Shown here in pieces: positions 19,020-30,676 of a stretch of DNA of 64,000 nucleotides. The stretch comes from an uncultured Bacillota bacterium (GTDB lineage: Bacteria > Bacillota_I > Bacilli_A > RFN20 > CAG-826): the NCBI GenBank assembly GCA_949299565.1, contig OX437086.1, positions 791,561-855,560 of the forward strand, in the 5' to 3' direction. How positions within the stretch are numbered: the stretch's first letter is position 1; each line of letters starts with the position of its first letter. The notes under the pieces were generated by a model. That model did no database searches, was not told the DNA's origin, and worked only from the letters and a program-made list of their open reading frames with translations. Made by a program: the position numbers and the translations under genes.

Positions 19020-22000
19020 ATGAGTTTCATTCCTCTTCATGTTCAAAGCGGCTTCGCCTATCTCCAAAGCGGGCTCATAAGCGAAAGTATTCCTCCAATT
19101 GCTAAAAAGCTCGGCTTTAAAGGAATTGGCCTTGCAGATTCCAACACCCTTTCTGGATATGCGCCTTTTGCTACTTCTGCTAAGAAAATAGGAATTGAGG
19201 CCTATTTTGGAATCCAAGTCATAATCGAAGGCTATCATTTCGCTCTTTACATTGAAAATGAAGAGGGTTATCGCTCGCTCTTATCCTTCAAAGAAAAGCT
19301 GAATAAGGGTCCTTTAATTTTTTCTGATCTTTTAAAAACGCAAGGTCTCTCCTTGGTTTTCATAATCAAAGAAAAGACGTCTCTTTCCTTTTTTTCATCA
19401 CCGCATTTAAAAGAAATTAGAGATGCTTTCTCGCACTTTTTCGTTGGTTTAGAGTACCTTGAAAAAGATGAAGGCGTCATCGATGAAGCGAGGAGATTAT
19501 CAAAAAAAGAAGACTTGCCGCTTCTAGCTTTCCCTTATATTCGTTATCAAAGAGCAAAAGACGCAATCGTCATCGAAATTGAGGAGGCTATCCGCGAACA
19601 TAAAACGTTAAAAGAGAAAGCGCTTGAAGGAAACGAATATTTCATCGAAGAAGAAAAGTTAAGCGCTTTTTATCAAAAAGAGGAAATCGATAACACTGAA
19701 CTTTTTAGCAAAAATCTCAGATTCGATTATTTTAAAAAACGCGGAAAGCTTCTTCGCTACACCGATAGCTATGAAAATTCAAAAAAACTTTTAAACGAAT
19801 TGTCTTTAAACGGCCTCAAAAAGAAGAAAAAAACAAGCGATGAATATCTCAAACGACTCTCATCTGAGTTAGAAATCATCAACAAGATGGGCTACGCCGA
19901 TTATTTCTTGCTAGTTCAAGATTATGTTAATTATGCAAAGGAACACGGGATTCTAGTCGGTCCCGGACGTGGCTCTGGAGGCGGTTCTTTGGTGGCCTAT
20001 GCTTTAGGAATCGTCTCCCCCGACCCTCTAAAAGAAGGTCTTCTTTTTGAACGTTTCTTAAATCCTGAACGTTCCTCAATGCCCGATATCGACTGTGACT
20101 TTATGGATACGAGGCGTGAAGAGGTTGTTGAATATTTAATCGCAAAATATGGTTATGAGCGCGTCGGTCACGTCTTGACAACGCAGACGATTGGAGCTCG
20201 TGAAGCAATCCGCGACATTGCAAGAGTCTATGAATATAAAGAACGCGACGTATCGCTTCTTCTTTCAACTATTGTCGATGATCGCTTAAGTTTGAGGGAA
20301 AATTACCGGCGCAATCCTCAATTTAAAAGACTTCTCGACAGCGATAAGTTTTTCTTAGAATTTGTCGCTCTCGCATCAAAACTTGAAGGATTGCCGCGCC
20401 AAGCGGGAATGCACGCGGCAGGAATCGTTTTAAACGATGAACCGCTTGCCACTGCGCTTCCCGTCAATATCGATGCAAATGAAGGCATTGTCTGCGAATT
20501 AGAGAAAGATTATTTAGAAGAGCAGGGTTTCTTAAAAATGGACATTCTCGGATTAAGAAACCTCACGACAATCGAACGAATTCTTCAAGAAATTAAAAGG
20601 AAAAGAGGAATCGCTCTTTCTTACGAAGAACTACCTCGCGACGATCAAAAAGCTTTGGAGCTGATTAGAAGCGGACGAACGATGGGAGTTTTTCAACTCG
20701 AAAGCGCCGGAATGCGAAGGGCGATTGCTCAATTAGAACCTTCAACTTTCGCTGATGTGGTCGCTTTAATTGCCTTGTTCCGTCCAGGGCCGATGGAACA
20801 GATTGCAAGCTACGCCAAAAGAAAGAAAGGCCAAGAAAAGATCGACTACCCTGCTCCCGAATTGGAAAGCGTCCTTTCTCCAACATACGGCATCATCGTT
20901 TATCAAGAACAAATCATGCAAATTGTCCGAATTATCGCCGGCTATAGTTATGGCGAGGCTGATGTTTTCCGCCGCGCGGTTTCGAAGAAAGACGCTGCTC
21001 TTCTTCTTTCTTTAAAAGAGGATTTCATCAAACGTTCGCTCGAAAATCATAAAGCAAAGGTTTTATCTGAAGAGATTTTCGCTTTAATTGCGCGCTTTGC
21101 TAATTATGGTTTCAATAAATCGCACGCTGTTTCTTACGCTTATTTAGCGTGTCAAATGGCTTATTTGAAAGCCCACTTTCCCGAAGAATTTTTCTCATGC
21201 TATCTCGACACTTTAGCGCCCGAAGAAACGAAATTCCGAAACGCTTTATCGGAGGCGAAAACTCTCAATTTGCGCTTGCTTCTTCCAGACATTAATTCTT
21301 CGGACAAAGGTTTTCAAACCGATAAAAACGGCATCCGTTACGCTCTTAACGCCATTAAAGGCGTGCCATCTCTTCTAATTGACGCAATCATTGAAGAAAG
21401 AAAGAAACGCGGACGCTATTTAGATTTTTTTGATTTCGCGCGGCGTTTATTCCATAAAGGATTAAACCTTATCCTTTTGATTCGTCTCATTGACGCCGGG
21501 GTCTTTGATGAACTATACAAAGGGCGCGCGACCTTAAGAGCGACTTCGACCAAAGCTTTGCAATACGCTGAATTAGTCGGCGATGATCTCGATGAAAATT
21601 CTCTTGTATCTCTTGCGATTGAAAAGCCGGCCTATCAAATCACGAAGGATGATTTTTTAGAAAATTTAAACGCCGAAAGAAAGGCTTTGGGTCTTATGAT
21701 CTCCGGTTCTCCCCTTTCTTCTTTCCGTCACGAGATTCAAATGAAAGGAGCAAGGAAAATCGGAGAACTGCAAAACCTTAAAGGAAATTTCATTACCGCC
21801 GGGTTAATTAAAAGTTATCGTGTCTTCATTAACAAGAAGGGACAGCAGATGGCTTTCCTTGATTTGAATGATGAAATTGATGAAGCTTCTTTTGTCGTTT
21901 TCTCCAATGTATTCAGCGAAAGTTATCAAGTTTTCAAAGTCGATGCAGCAGTTTTAATCTATGCCCATCAAGGGCGCGAAAGAAAAGAATATGTCGTTGA

Positions 22001-22028
22001 TCGCATCGAAGCGCTAGAAAGGAATTAA
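19020..22028 (+). CDS. dnaE: DNA polymerase III alpha subunit (DnaE type)
   Basis: 1002 aa with an N-terminal PHP domain (PLHVQSGF), GPGRGSGGGSLVAY, PDIDCDF and FNKSHAVSYA. Confidence 0.9.
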   Translation: MSFIPLHVQSGFAYLQSGLISESIPPIAKKLGFKGIGLADSNTLSGYAPFATSAKKIGIEAYFGIQVIIEGYHFALYIENEEGYRSLLSFKEKLNKGPLIFSDLLKTQGLSLVFIIKEKTSLSFFSSPHLKEIRDAFSHFFVGLEYLEKDEGVIDEARRLSKKEDLPLLAFPYIRYQRAKDAIVIEIEEAIREHKTLKEKALEGNEYFIEEEKLSAFYQKEEIDNTELFSKNLRFDYFKKRGKLLRYTDSYENSKKLLNELSLNGLKKKKKTSDEYLKRLSSELEIINKMGYADYFLLVQDYVNYAKEHGILVGPGRGSGGGSLVAYALGIVSPDPLKEGLLFERFLNPERSSMPDIDCDFMDTRREEVVEYLIAKYGYERVGHVLTTQTIGAREAIRDIARVYEYKERDVSLLLSTIVDDRLSLRENYRRNPQFKRLLDSDKFFLEFVALASKLEGLPRQAGMHAAGIVLNDEPLATALPVNIDANEGIVCELEKDYLEEQGFLKMDILGLRNLTTIERILQEIKRKRGIALSYEELPRDDQKALELIRSGRTMGVFQLESAGMRRAIAQLEPSTFADVVALIALFRPGPMEQIASYAKRKKGQEKIDYPAPELESVLSPTYGIIVYQEQIMQIVRIIAGYSYGEADVFRRAVSKKDAALLLSLKEDFIKRSLENHKAKVLSEEIFALIARFANYGFNKSHAVSYAYLACQMAYLKAHFPEEFFSCYLDTLAPEETKFRNALSEAKTLNLRLLLPDINSSDKGFQTDKNGIRYALNAIKGVPSLLIDAIIEERKKRGRYLDFFDFARRLFHKGLNLILLIRLIDAGVFDELYKGRATLRATSTKALQYAELVGDDLDENSLVSLAIEKPAYQITKDDFLENLNAERKALGLMISGSPLSSFRHEIQMKGARKIGELQNLKGNFITAGLIKSYRVFINKKGQQMAFLDLNDEIDEASFVVFSNVFSESYQVFKVDAAVLIYAHQGRERKEYVVDRIEALERN

Positions 22029-22030
22029 AG

Positions 22031-24634
22031 ATGAAAAACACTCTCTATATTATTGACGGAAATTCGCTTCTCTTCCGTGCGTATTATGCAACCGCGCATG
22101 TTGAAAACGCGCCCCTCATGCGAACGAAAGATGGACAACCCACTAACGCTGTTTTTGCTTTCGCCAATATGCTTTCGCGAATTCTTTCTTCTTTTAAAGG
22201 CGGCGAATCGCTTTTTGTAGCTTTCGATGCCGATAGCGATACTTTCCGCAAAAAAGAATACGCTGGCTATAAAGCAAATCGAGCGCCATGTCCAAAAGAG
22301 TTGATATCGCAATTCCCTTTAGCGCGCGATCTTCTCACCTCATTAGACATCAAATGGCATGAGCAAAGCGGCGTTGAAGCTGATGATTTAGCAGGAAGTG
22401 TCGCCAAAAAGGCAGCTGCTCAAGGTTTGTCGGTCGTCATTTACACAAGCGACCGCGATTATTTGCAGTTAATTGACGAGGGAATTACCGTTGAAATCTT
22501 GAAAACCGGACTCTCAAACATGGAGGAGATGACAATTTCTTCTCTCAAAGAAAAAATGAATTTAAGACCCGAACAAATCGTTGATTATAAGGCGCTCCGC
22601 GGCGATGATTCAGATAATTTGCCGGGTGTTAAAGGAATCGGGCCGAAAACCGCTACCAAACTTCTTGAAATATATGGTAACTGGCCTTCAATCGTCGAGC
22701 ATAAAGAAGAAATTGAAGGAAAAGTCGGAAACGCCATCCGCGAACATTTAAATGACGGCCAATTGTCCTACGAATTAGCGCGCATTAAGACCAATGTCGA
22801 ACTTCCTTTCACGATCGAAGATTTGTTTTATCCCGGCTATAGCTTTGAAAAAATCAGCGCTTTCGCAAATAAATACGAGCTTTATCAACTGCTCCACCGC
22901 CTCCCGCTACGTCTAAAAAGAAACGTTGAAGAAAAAACTGAGGAATTTAATTTTCAAGAAACAAAAACATTGAATGGCTTTGAAATCGGCAAAGAAATCG
23001 GTTTTGCTTTCGATCTCGATTTTACCGCTTACCATGAAGTCTTGCCGAAAGGCATCGCGTTCGCTCTTGAGGCGGGGACTTACTATTTAAAATATGAAGA
23101 TTTTTTAAACGATGAAAGCGCAAAAGAAGTACTCGAAAATCCAGAAATTGCAAAAAACGTCTATGACGCAAAGGCGAGTTATTATGCTTTGAAACGCGAA
23201 GGAATCACTCTTAAAGGAATTAAACATGACCTTCTTCTTGCTTCTTATCTTCTTGATTCGTCAAACAAAAGCGAACCCGAACGCGTTTATCAAACTTTTG
23301 CACAAGACATCAATGAGGAGCAAGATCCGATTTCTCTTCTCGATGGTTGTCCCCGCAAAACCGCAAGGATGGCATATTTTGCTAGAATCGATGGAGAATT
23401 CATCAACAAGAAACTTAATGAAATAAACGCTTATCAACTTTATCGCGAAATTGAAATGCCACTGGCCACGACTTTGGCAAAAATGGAACTTGAAGGTTTC
23501 CCCTTAAGCGAAAATGAGTTAAAAAATATCGGCAAAATTTTTGAAATTAAAAAGAATGAATATGCGACAAAAATTGAAAAAGAAGTCGGTCATTCTTTCA
23601 ATTTAAACTCTCCAAAGCAAGTAGCCGATGTTCTCTTCAATGAACTTAAACTGCCTGATTTGCGCGGCGGCAGCACCAGCGTTGAAGTTTTAACTAAACT
23701 CGCTGAAGAATATCCGATTTGTTCGCATCTGCTTGAATATCGCAAATATCAAAAACTTCTCTCAACTTATGTCGAAGGACTTCTACCTTATTTGAAGGAA
23801 GACAAAAAACTTCATTCTTATTTCAATCAAGCCCAAACTTCGACCGGTCGTTTATCCTCTTCTTCCCCCAATCTTCAAAATATCAGCACCCGCGATGAAG
23901 AAAGTCGCCTTTTGAGGAAAGCCTTCCACTATGCGGATCCAAATATTTTGATTATGAGTTTAGACTACTCCCAGATTGAACTACGGATGCTTGCAGCTCT
24001 TTCACATTCCGATAAATACATCAGAGTCTTCAAAGAAGGACACGACGCTCATAGCGAAACCGCAAGTGCGATTTTTCATACCGAAAAAGTGACGCCAGAA
24101 GAAAGAAGAAAAGCAAAGGCCGTCAATTTTGCCATCATCTATGGCGTCACTGACTATGGTTTGGCTGAGCAAATCGGAACCAGCAGCAAAGAAGCCTCGG
24201 AAATTATCGATCGTTTCTATAAAACGTATCCAGAAATCAAACTTTTCCTCGATAATATCTTGCATGAAGCTGAAACGAAAGGCTATGTCACCACTATTTT
24301 TGGTCGGAGACGTTACATGCGAGAAATCCATGATCCGAATTATGCAAGGCGCGAAGCAGCCAAACGCGCAGCTCTCAACGCCCCGATTCAAGGTTCAGCG
24401 GCCGATCTCATCAAACTAGCGATGGTTCAAATCGATCGTTTCCTCGAAAAACGAAAAGCGAAAACAAAGATGGTTCTCCAGATTCATGACGAATTGATCT
24501 TCATGGTTCCCGAGGAAGAACTTGATGAGATGAAAGAAAAACTCGGAGACCTCATGGTCAAAGTTTTGAAATTAGAGGTGCCGCTCGAAGTCGAATGCGG
24601 AGTCGGTCATACTTGGTATGACGCAAAGGAGTGA
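22031..24634 (+). CDS. polA: DNA polymerase I
   Basis: 867 aa with a 5'-nuclease domain (DGNSLLFRAYYA, GDDSDNLPGVKGIGPKTA) and pol motifs (DYSQIELR, RRKAKAVNFAIIYG, QIHDEL). It ends in TGA at 24632-24634. Confidence 0.93.
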   Translation: MKNTLYIIDGNSLLFRAYYATAHVENAPLMRTKDGQPTNAVFAFANMLSRILSSFKGGESLFVAFDADSDTFRKKEYAGYKANRAPCPKELISQFPLARDLLTSLDIKWHEQSGVEADDLAGSVAKKAAAQGLSVVIYTSDRDYLQLIDEGITVEILKTGLSNMEEMTISSLKEKMNLRPEQIVDYKALRGDDSDNLPGVKGIGPKTATKLLEIYGNWPSIVEHKEEIEGKVGNAIREHLNDGQLSYELARIKTNVELPFTIEDLFYPGYSFEKISAFANKYELYQLLHRLPLRLKRNVEEKTEEFNFQETKTLNGFEIGKEIGFAFDLDFTAYHEVLPKGIAFALEAGTYYLKYEDFLNDESAKEVLENPEIAKNVYDAKASYYALKREGITLKGIKHDLLLASYLLDSSNKSEPERVYQTFAQDINEEQDPISLLDGCPRKTARMAYFARIDGEFINKKLNEINAYQLYREIEMPLATTLAKMELEGFPLSENELKNIGKIFEIKKNEYATKIEKEVGHSFNLNSPKQVADVLFNELKLPDLRGGSTSVEVLTKLAEEYPICSHLLEYRKYQKLLSTYVEGLLPYLKEDKKLHSYFNQAQTSTGRLSSSSPNLQNISTRDEESRLLRKAFHYADPNILIMSLDYSQIELRMLAALSHSDKYIRVFKEGHDAHSETASAIFHTEKVTPEERRKAKAVNFAIIYGVTDYGLAEQIGTSSKEASEIIDRFYKTYPEIKLFLDNILHEAETKGYVTTIFGRRRYMREIHDPNYARREAAKRAALNAPIQGSAADLIKLAMVQIDRFLEKRKAKTKMVLQIHDELIFMVPEEELDEMKEKLGDLMVKVLKLEVPLEVECGVGHTWYDAKE

Positions 24635-24639
24635 TCAAA

Positions 24640-26016
24640 ATGCCGGAACTACCAGAAGTAACAACCGTTATCAATACTTTAAAACCCTTAATCATTGGAA
24701 AAACTATTCAAAAAATTGAAGTTTATCGTCCAAAAAACATTCTCTCGGATTTAAAAGAATTCGAAACTGTCCTTCTTAAGAAAACAATCGTTGATATCAA
24801 GCGAAAAGGGAAATTTCTTTTCTTCTATTTCTCTGAGGATTATACGATGATTGCACACCTGAGAATGGAAGGTAAATATTTTTTTCATAAGAAGCAAGAA
24901 GAAAGAAACAAACACGATATCTTATCTTTCTTGTTTAGTGACGGAACTGAACTCGTCTATAACGACGTGAGGAAATTTGGAATCGTCTACCTCACAAAAA
25001 ACGAAAAAGTTCAAGAAGCTCCTGTTTTAAAAAATCTCGGACCCGAGCCCTGGGAAATTACTTTTGAAGAATTCTATGAAAAACTGAAAAAATCACATGC
25101 GCCTTTAAAAGAAGCGCTTCTCGACCAATCAATAATGTCGGGATTGGGAAACATTTATGCCGACGAAACGTTGTTTGCGAGTCGTCTTCATCCTCTTTAT
25201 CCAGCCAAAGAAGTGACAAAAGAAGAAGCGAATATAATTTTAAAGGAAGCAAGAAGAATCTTAGAAGAAGCGATTAGAGAAGGTGGATCTACAATCCGTT
25301 CTTACCATCCGAGCGAGGGCGTTGATGGACGCATGCAGTCGCGTCTAGAGGTCTATGGACATGCGCACGAACCATGCCCTCGTTGTGCTTTCCCGCTTCG
25401 AAAAATAAGCGTTGGAGGACGTGGAACAACATACTGCCCCCGCTGCCAAAAGCTTCCTAATGAGCCTTTAACGATTGCCGTCACCGGTCCGATTGCAAGC
25501 GGAAAATCAGCTGTCGCTCGCTTTTTAAAAAATAAGGGCTATCGTTTGATCGATGCTGATCAGATCGTAAAAGAACTTTACCAAGACGAAACAATCATTG
25601 AACTGCTTAAAAACTGGGATTCCTCGCTTATTAAAGATGAAAAAATCGACCGCGATTATTTAAGAAATCTCGTATTGAACGATCAAGAAAAGCTCAAGGA
25701 ATTAAATGCTCTCATTCATCCTCTCGTCTATCAAAGAATGCTAGATGATCGAAAAGCTTCTGCTCTTCCTTGCGTTTTCGATATTCCGGTTTTCTTCTAT
25801 AGCCCTTTAGAAGAAGTAAGCGATCTCATAATTTATGTTGACGCTCCCGAAGAAATTAGAAAAAAGCGGCTTCTTGCCCGCCATAAAAGCCAAGATATTG
25901 AACTCAATAAACCTTTCACGAAAGGCTTTCTTAAAAGAAAAGGCGCGTTGATTATCGACGGGAGCCAGTCCCTAGAATCATTGGAAGAAAGATTGAATGA
26001 ATTGACGTTTCTTTAA
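24640..26016 (+). CDS. mutM: Fused formamidopyrimidine-DNA glycosylase (Fpg/MutM) and dephospho-CoA kinase (CoaE)
   Basis: Starts MPELPEV (catalytic Pro2) at ATG 24640. The Fpg zinc finger CPRC..P....VGGRGTTYCPRCQK is followed, with no stop codon, by LPNEPLT-IAVTGPIASGKS (CoaE P-loop) and about 185 more residues. Confidence 0.85.
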   Translation: MPELPEVTTVINTLKPLIIGKTIQKIEVYRPKNILSDLKEFETVLLKKTIVDIKRKGKFLFFYFSEDYTMIAHLRMEGKYFFHKKQEERNKHDILSFLFSDGTELVYNDVRKFGIVYLTKNEKVQEAPVLKNLGPEPWEITFEEFYEKLKKSHAPLKEALLDQSIMSGLGNIYADETLFASRLHPLYPAKEVTKEEANIILKEARRILEEAIREGGSTIRSYHPSEGVDGRMQSRLEVYGHAHEPCPRCAFPLRKISVGGRGTTYCPRCQKLPNEPLTIAVTGPIASGKSAVARFLKNKGYRLIDADQIVKELYQDETIIELLKNWDSSLIKDEKIDRDYLRNLVLNDQEKLKELNALIHPLVYQRMLDDRKASALPCVFDIPVFFYSPLEEVSDLIIYVDAPEEIRKKRLLARHKSQDIELNKPFTKGFLKRKGALIIDGSQSLESLEERLNELTFL

Positions 26017-26018
26017 TT

Positions 26019-26885
26019 TCAGAGACTGGAGACTAAAGAAGACGGAATTTCTTCTTCAGTATAAAGAGTTTGACGAACGGCGGAAACCAGACGTCTAGCA
26101 ATGAAAGAACTCGCGTTATTGAAAGTATAAAGATTTTCAATGACTTCTAATGGATAATTGGATGTAAAAATCGTCATGAGATTTTTTCGGCTTCTCGTCG
26201 TGATGAGAGGCATCGTGATTTGATCGCGCACATAATCGGACTTAAATTCGTCGCCAAAATTATCGAGAACTAGATAAGGGACTTCGAAAAGTTCATTCAT
26301 TCTCTTTTCAAATTCTTTTTTATCATTGATTGCTAGGCTCTTCAATTCATCGAAACGACGATTAGTTTCTAAAAAAGCCGCTTTCGCTCCGTTTTCCACG
26401 CGTTTCATCAAAAAATAAGCAGAGGCAAAAGACTTTCCGCCATTATCGTCACCATAAAGATAGAGGAAACGTTTCTTTTCTTCGGTGTTTGTCGCTTTTA
26501 AAAGTCCTAAAAGGCGCTGAATGTTTTTGGTTCTTATGAGTTTGCGGTTCAACCACTCGTCAGGAAAATCACGATAAAGAAAGCCGACCTCTAAATTAGC
26601 GGCGCGGAGAATTTCTGCCCGTGGGCCGATTGAAATTTCTAAACCGCCACCTTCGTTGCGTTTAAGATAATAGCGGTAAATGCCCTCTTCATGCAAAGCT
26701 TCTTGAAAGGAAGACAAAAGCGGGAGATAGCGGGCAAAATCATCTGCTTTAAGAGATAAGCCTTTTGTCTCTTTCACAAACAGAGGATCATTCAAAAATG
26801 AGTCGTAATCGATGCTTGAAGGAGAAACTCCCCCTCCGAAATTATCTATTTTGCTTTTAGCTTCTTCCCAATTTTCTTTTTTCAT
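26019..26885 (-). CDS. dnaI: Helicase loader DnaI/DnaC-like AAA+ protein
   Basis: P-loop LYLYGDDNGGKSF, Walker B LVLDNFGDE, and position downstream of a DnaD-domain gene. Confidence 0.65.
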   Translation of the reverse strand: MKKENWEEAKSKIDNFGGGVSPSSIDYDSFLNDPLFVKETKGLSLKADDFARYLPLLSSFQEALHEEGIYRYYLKRNEGGGLEISIGPRAEILRAANLEVGFLYRDFPDEWLNRKLIRTKNIQRLLGLLKATNTEEKKRFLYLYGDDNGGKSFASAYFLMKRVENGAKAAFLETNRRFDELKSLAINDKKEFEKRMNELFEVPYLVLDNFGDEFKSDYVRDQITMPLITTRSRKNLMTIFTSNYPLEVIENLYTFNNASSFIARRLVSAVRQTLYTEEEIPSSLVSSL

Positions 26886-28111
26886 AAATTTTTTACAAGG
26901 TCCTCAAATTCTTCTTCGCTCATCTCTTTCTCACTCTCGTTCTTTTTGCCGCTGACTAATGGCGCTTCTTTTCTCTTTTCTATAGATTTTTCCACTTTGC
27001 CCTTTTTCCGCTTATTATTTTTCAAATAATCGAGGGCGTCGATTGCTGTTTTGATATCCTTGCGCAACAAAGAGGCTGCAATCTTCGTTGTCAAAGAATA
27101 ACTTAAAACATTGTTATTGGTCGATATGACATAGAAAACCAAGGCGTTTGTCGCCGCGCTTGTTAGCCCCATCTCCACCGTTAAATATTCCAATAATTTT
27201 AAATCTGAAGGCGCGAGGCTGCTTCCTTTTTGAAGATAAGATAAAAACTCGACAGGTGAGAATTTCTCCATTCTTTCAAGAACCTTCCCTAGAGAAGTTT
27301 TAGAGAAGTCGCCGCTTATTTTTGGGCTTCGAATATTTTTTTGGAACGCTTTGAAATTCAAATTATTTTTCAAAATCTCAGAAAGCTTCGCGTAATCTAC
27401 AATGCGAGTTTTTGAATCGAAGGATTCATAGACAAAATCGCTTAAAGCTTCCTCAGAATAGCCATAGAGAGCCGCATATTCTCCGATCTTTTCTAAATCT
27501 TGATCTTGAAAAGTGAAGTTTTGCGGGAAACGTTCATCATTTTTCACGCATTCAAGAAAAATAGAAACATCAAAGCCGGTTTTTAAAGGATTTGTCGAAT
27601 GCTTTTTTCCGATGAGCGGAGAATTCAAGAAAAGTGCTTCTTCGTTATCCGGACGGAAGAAATCACGGAAACTCGTCGAGACTTCATTTCCTTTTAAAAT
27701 CTCTTTGGGAAGGAGATATTTTCTTTGAAGTTCTTCGAATTTTTCTTGTCCAGCATATTTTTGAAAAATGCCGGAAAGAAGCGGACTCGCAAAAAAATCT
27801 AGCGGCCTTTTAGGCGGCAACAAATGAAGGAGATAATAGTCTTCGCCCTTTTTATAACGCTTGAGAAGTCCAAGAGCCTCCAACGGTCTCAATGCCTCTA
27901 AAAAATCGCCGCGCGAAAGTTGATATTCAGAAAGGACACGGTTAAAGGAAAGATCGACTTTAGACGGCAAGTGCAAAAGAAGAGAATAAAGAGCGAACGC
28001 TTTAATCCCCGTTATCGGAACATAAAAAGCAAAAAAGAGTTCCTCTTCTGAACTTCCGATTGGGGCATCATTCGTGACAACAAACTTCGATGTGAGGATA
28101 AAATCATCCAT
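26882..28111 (-). CDS. Replication initiation / membrane attachment protein (B. subtilis DnaB-like, DnaD-domain family)
   Basis: 409 aa, 4-nt overlap with dnaI, and a K/E-rich C-terminus. The call rests mainly on synteny (dnaB-dnaI pair near thrS) and general sequence character. Confidence 0.55.
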   Translation of the reverse strand: MDDFILTSKFVVTNDAPIGSSEEELFFAFYVPITGIKAFALYSLLLHLPSKVDLSFNRVLSEYQLSRGDFLEALRPLEALGLLKRYKKGEDYYLLHLLPPKRPLDFFASPLLSGIFQKYAGQEKFEELQRKYLLPKEILKGNEVSTSFRDFFRPDNEEALFLNSPLIGKKHSTNPLKTGFDVSIFLECVKNDERFPQNFTFQDQDLEKIGEYAALYGYSEEALSDFVYESFDSKTRIVDYAKLSEILKNNLNFKAFQKNIRSPKISGDFSKTSLGKVLERMEKFSPVEFLSYLQKGSSLAPSDLKLLEYLTVEMGLTSAATNALVFYVISTNNNVLSYSLTTKIAASLLRKDIKTAIDALDYLKNNKRKKGKVEKSIEKRKEAPLVSGKKNESEKEMSEEEFEDLVKNL

Positions 28112-28177
28112 GGATGATAATATAGCACGCAGGCCATCTGACTTCCATGTATGGAAACTGCCTTTTAAGTCCTTTAA

Positions 28178-29194
<1,017 letters not shown>

Positions 29195-29215
29195 TTGAAA
29201 GCGAGGCCTTCTTTT

Positions 29216-30676
29216 ATGATGCAATTAGTCACCAACAAAAAAACCAAAATCATTTGCACGATCGGACCTTCAAGCGACACCCCGGAAATGATTAAAAAAC
29301 TTTATGATGCTGGGATGAATGTCATGCGTGTCAATTTCTCGCACGGCACGCACGAAGAACAATTGAAGAAAATTCAAATTGCCCGCGATTTTGAAAAGAA
29401 GTACGGAATCTATATTCCGGTAGCGCTCGATACCAAAGGTCCTGAAATTCGAACAGGCTATATGGAAAGCGGAAAAGTTGATGTAAAAACCGGGCAAAAA
29501 ATGCGGATCACAATGGAAGATTGTCTAGGCACCAGCGAACGTTTCTCCTCTTCATATAAGGGTTTATACGATGATGTTTCTATCGGTGACATCCTCTTGG
29601 TTGATGACGGAAATTTGCAACTTAAAGTCTACGATAAAGACGAAACAAAACGTGAACTTCTCGTTGAGGCTCTCAATAGTCATTACATCAAAGATCAAAA
29701 GGGAATTAACGCCCCGCTTTCGAAACTCTCAATGCCGTTTATTTCCCCGCAAGACCGTCTCGATTTGAAATTCGGAGCTGAACACCATCTTGATTGCATC
29801 TTCGCTTCTTTCGTCAGAAGACCAGAAGACATCCTTGAAATGAAGGGAGTTCTCGGAGAATTCGGAGCGGGCGATATCCCGGTTTTTGCAAAAATCGAAA
29901 ATCCCGAAGGCGTTCAAAAAATCGAAGCCATCATTAAAGTCGCGGACGGCATTATGGTAGCCCGCGGCGACTTAGGCGATGAAATTCCGCCAGAACAGGT
30001 ACCGCTTGTACAAAGACGCATCATCAAGTTGTGTCGTAAATTAGGAAAACCCGTCATCACTGCCACGCAAATGCTCGACTCGATGACTACGCATCCTAGA
30101 CCGACACGCGCTGAAGTTTCTGACGTTGCAACCGCCATTGATGAAAGTAGCGACTGCGTGATGCTTTCAGGCGAATCAGCTTCTGGTTTATATCCAGTTG
30201 AAGCTGTGAAAATGCAAGCTGCGATTGCTAGAGCAATGGAAAGCGAACTTCCTTATGAAGAAATGGCTCAGGATGCTTATGAAACTTCTGAGCACACCGC
30301 TAATGATGCTATCGCAAATTCAATTGCCAACACGGCGCTTCTCATCAACGCGAAATTAATCATCAATTTTTCTCAGACAGGCAATTCCTCTAAGCGCATT
30401 TCGAAAGCGCGGCCTTGTTGTCCGATCATTTCCGTCACAAATTCAAGAAAAGCCGCTCTCTCCTCGGCTTGGATGTGGGGCGTTTATTCAGTTTTGATCA
30501 AGACATCAATGCCTGACTTCATTGAAGAAATGGAAGTTTTGGCGCTTAAAATTGCCCGCGATTTAGGGATTGAAAGCGGCGCGAGCATTTTGATGGCCGG
30601 CGGCACGCCGACAGGGGCTGGCAAAACGAATTTCATGCGTATTTTAACGGTTAATGAAGTCGAGGAGCTCGACTAA
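29216..30676 (+). CDS. pyk: Pyruvate kinase
   Basis: KTKIICTIGPS, MNVMRVNFSHG, LDTKGPEIRTG, MVARGDLGDEIP, ATQMLDSM. ATG 29216 is preferred over the TTG at 29195. Confidence 0.92.
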   Translation: MMQLVTNKKTKIICTIGPSSDTPEMIKKLYDAGMNVMRVNFSHGTHEEQLKKIQIARDFEKKYGIYIPVALDTKGPEIRTGYMESGKVDVKTGQKMRITMEDCLGTSERFSSSYKGLYDDVSIGDILLVDDGNLQLKVYDKDETKRELLVEALNSHYIKDQKGINAPLSKLSMPFISPQDRLDLKFGAEHHLDCIFASFVRRPEDILEMKGVLGEFGAGDIPVFAKIENPEGVQKIEAIIKVADGIMVARGDLGDEIPPEQVPLVQRRIIKLCRKLGKPVITATQMLDSMTTHPRPTRAEVSDVATAIDESSDCVMLSGESASGLYPVEAVKMQAAIARAMESELPYEEMAQDAYETSEHTANDAIANSIANTALLINAKLIINFSQTGNSSKRISKARPCCPIISVTNSRKAALSSAWMWGVYSVLIKTSMPDFIEEMEVLALKIARDLGIESGASILMAGGTPTGAGKTNFMRILTVNEVEELD

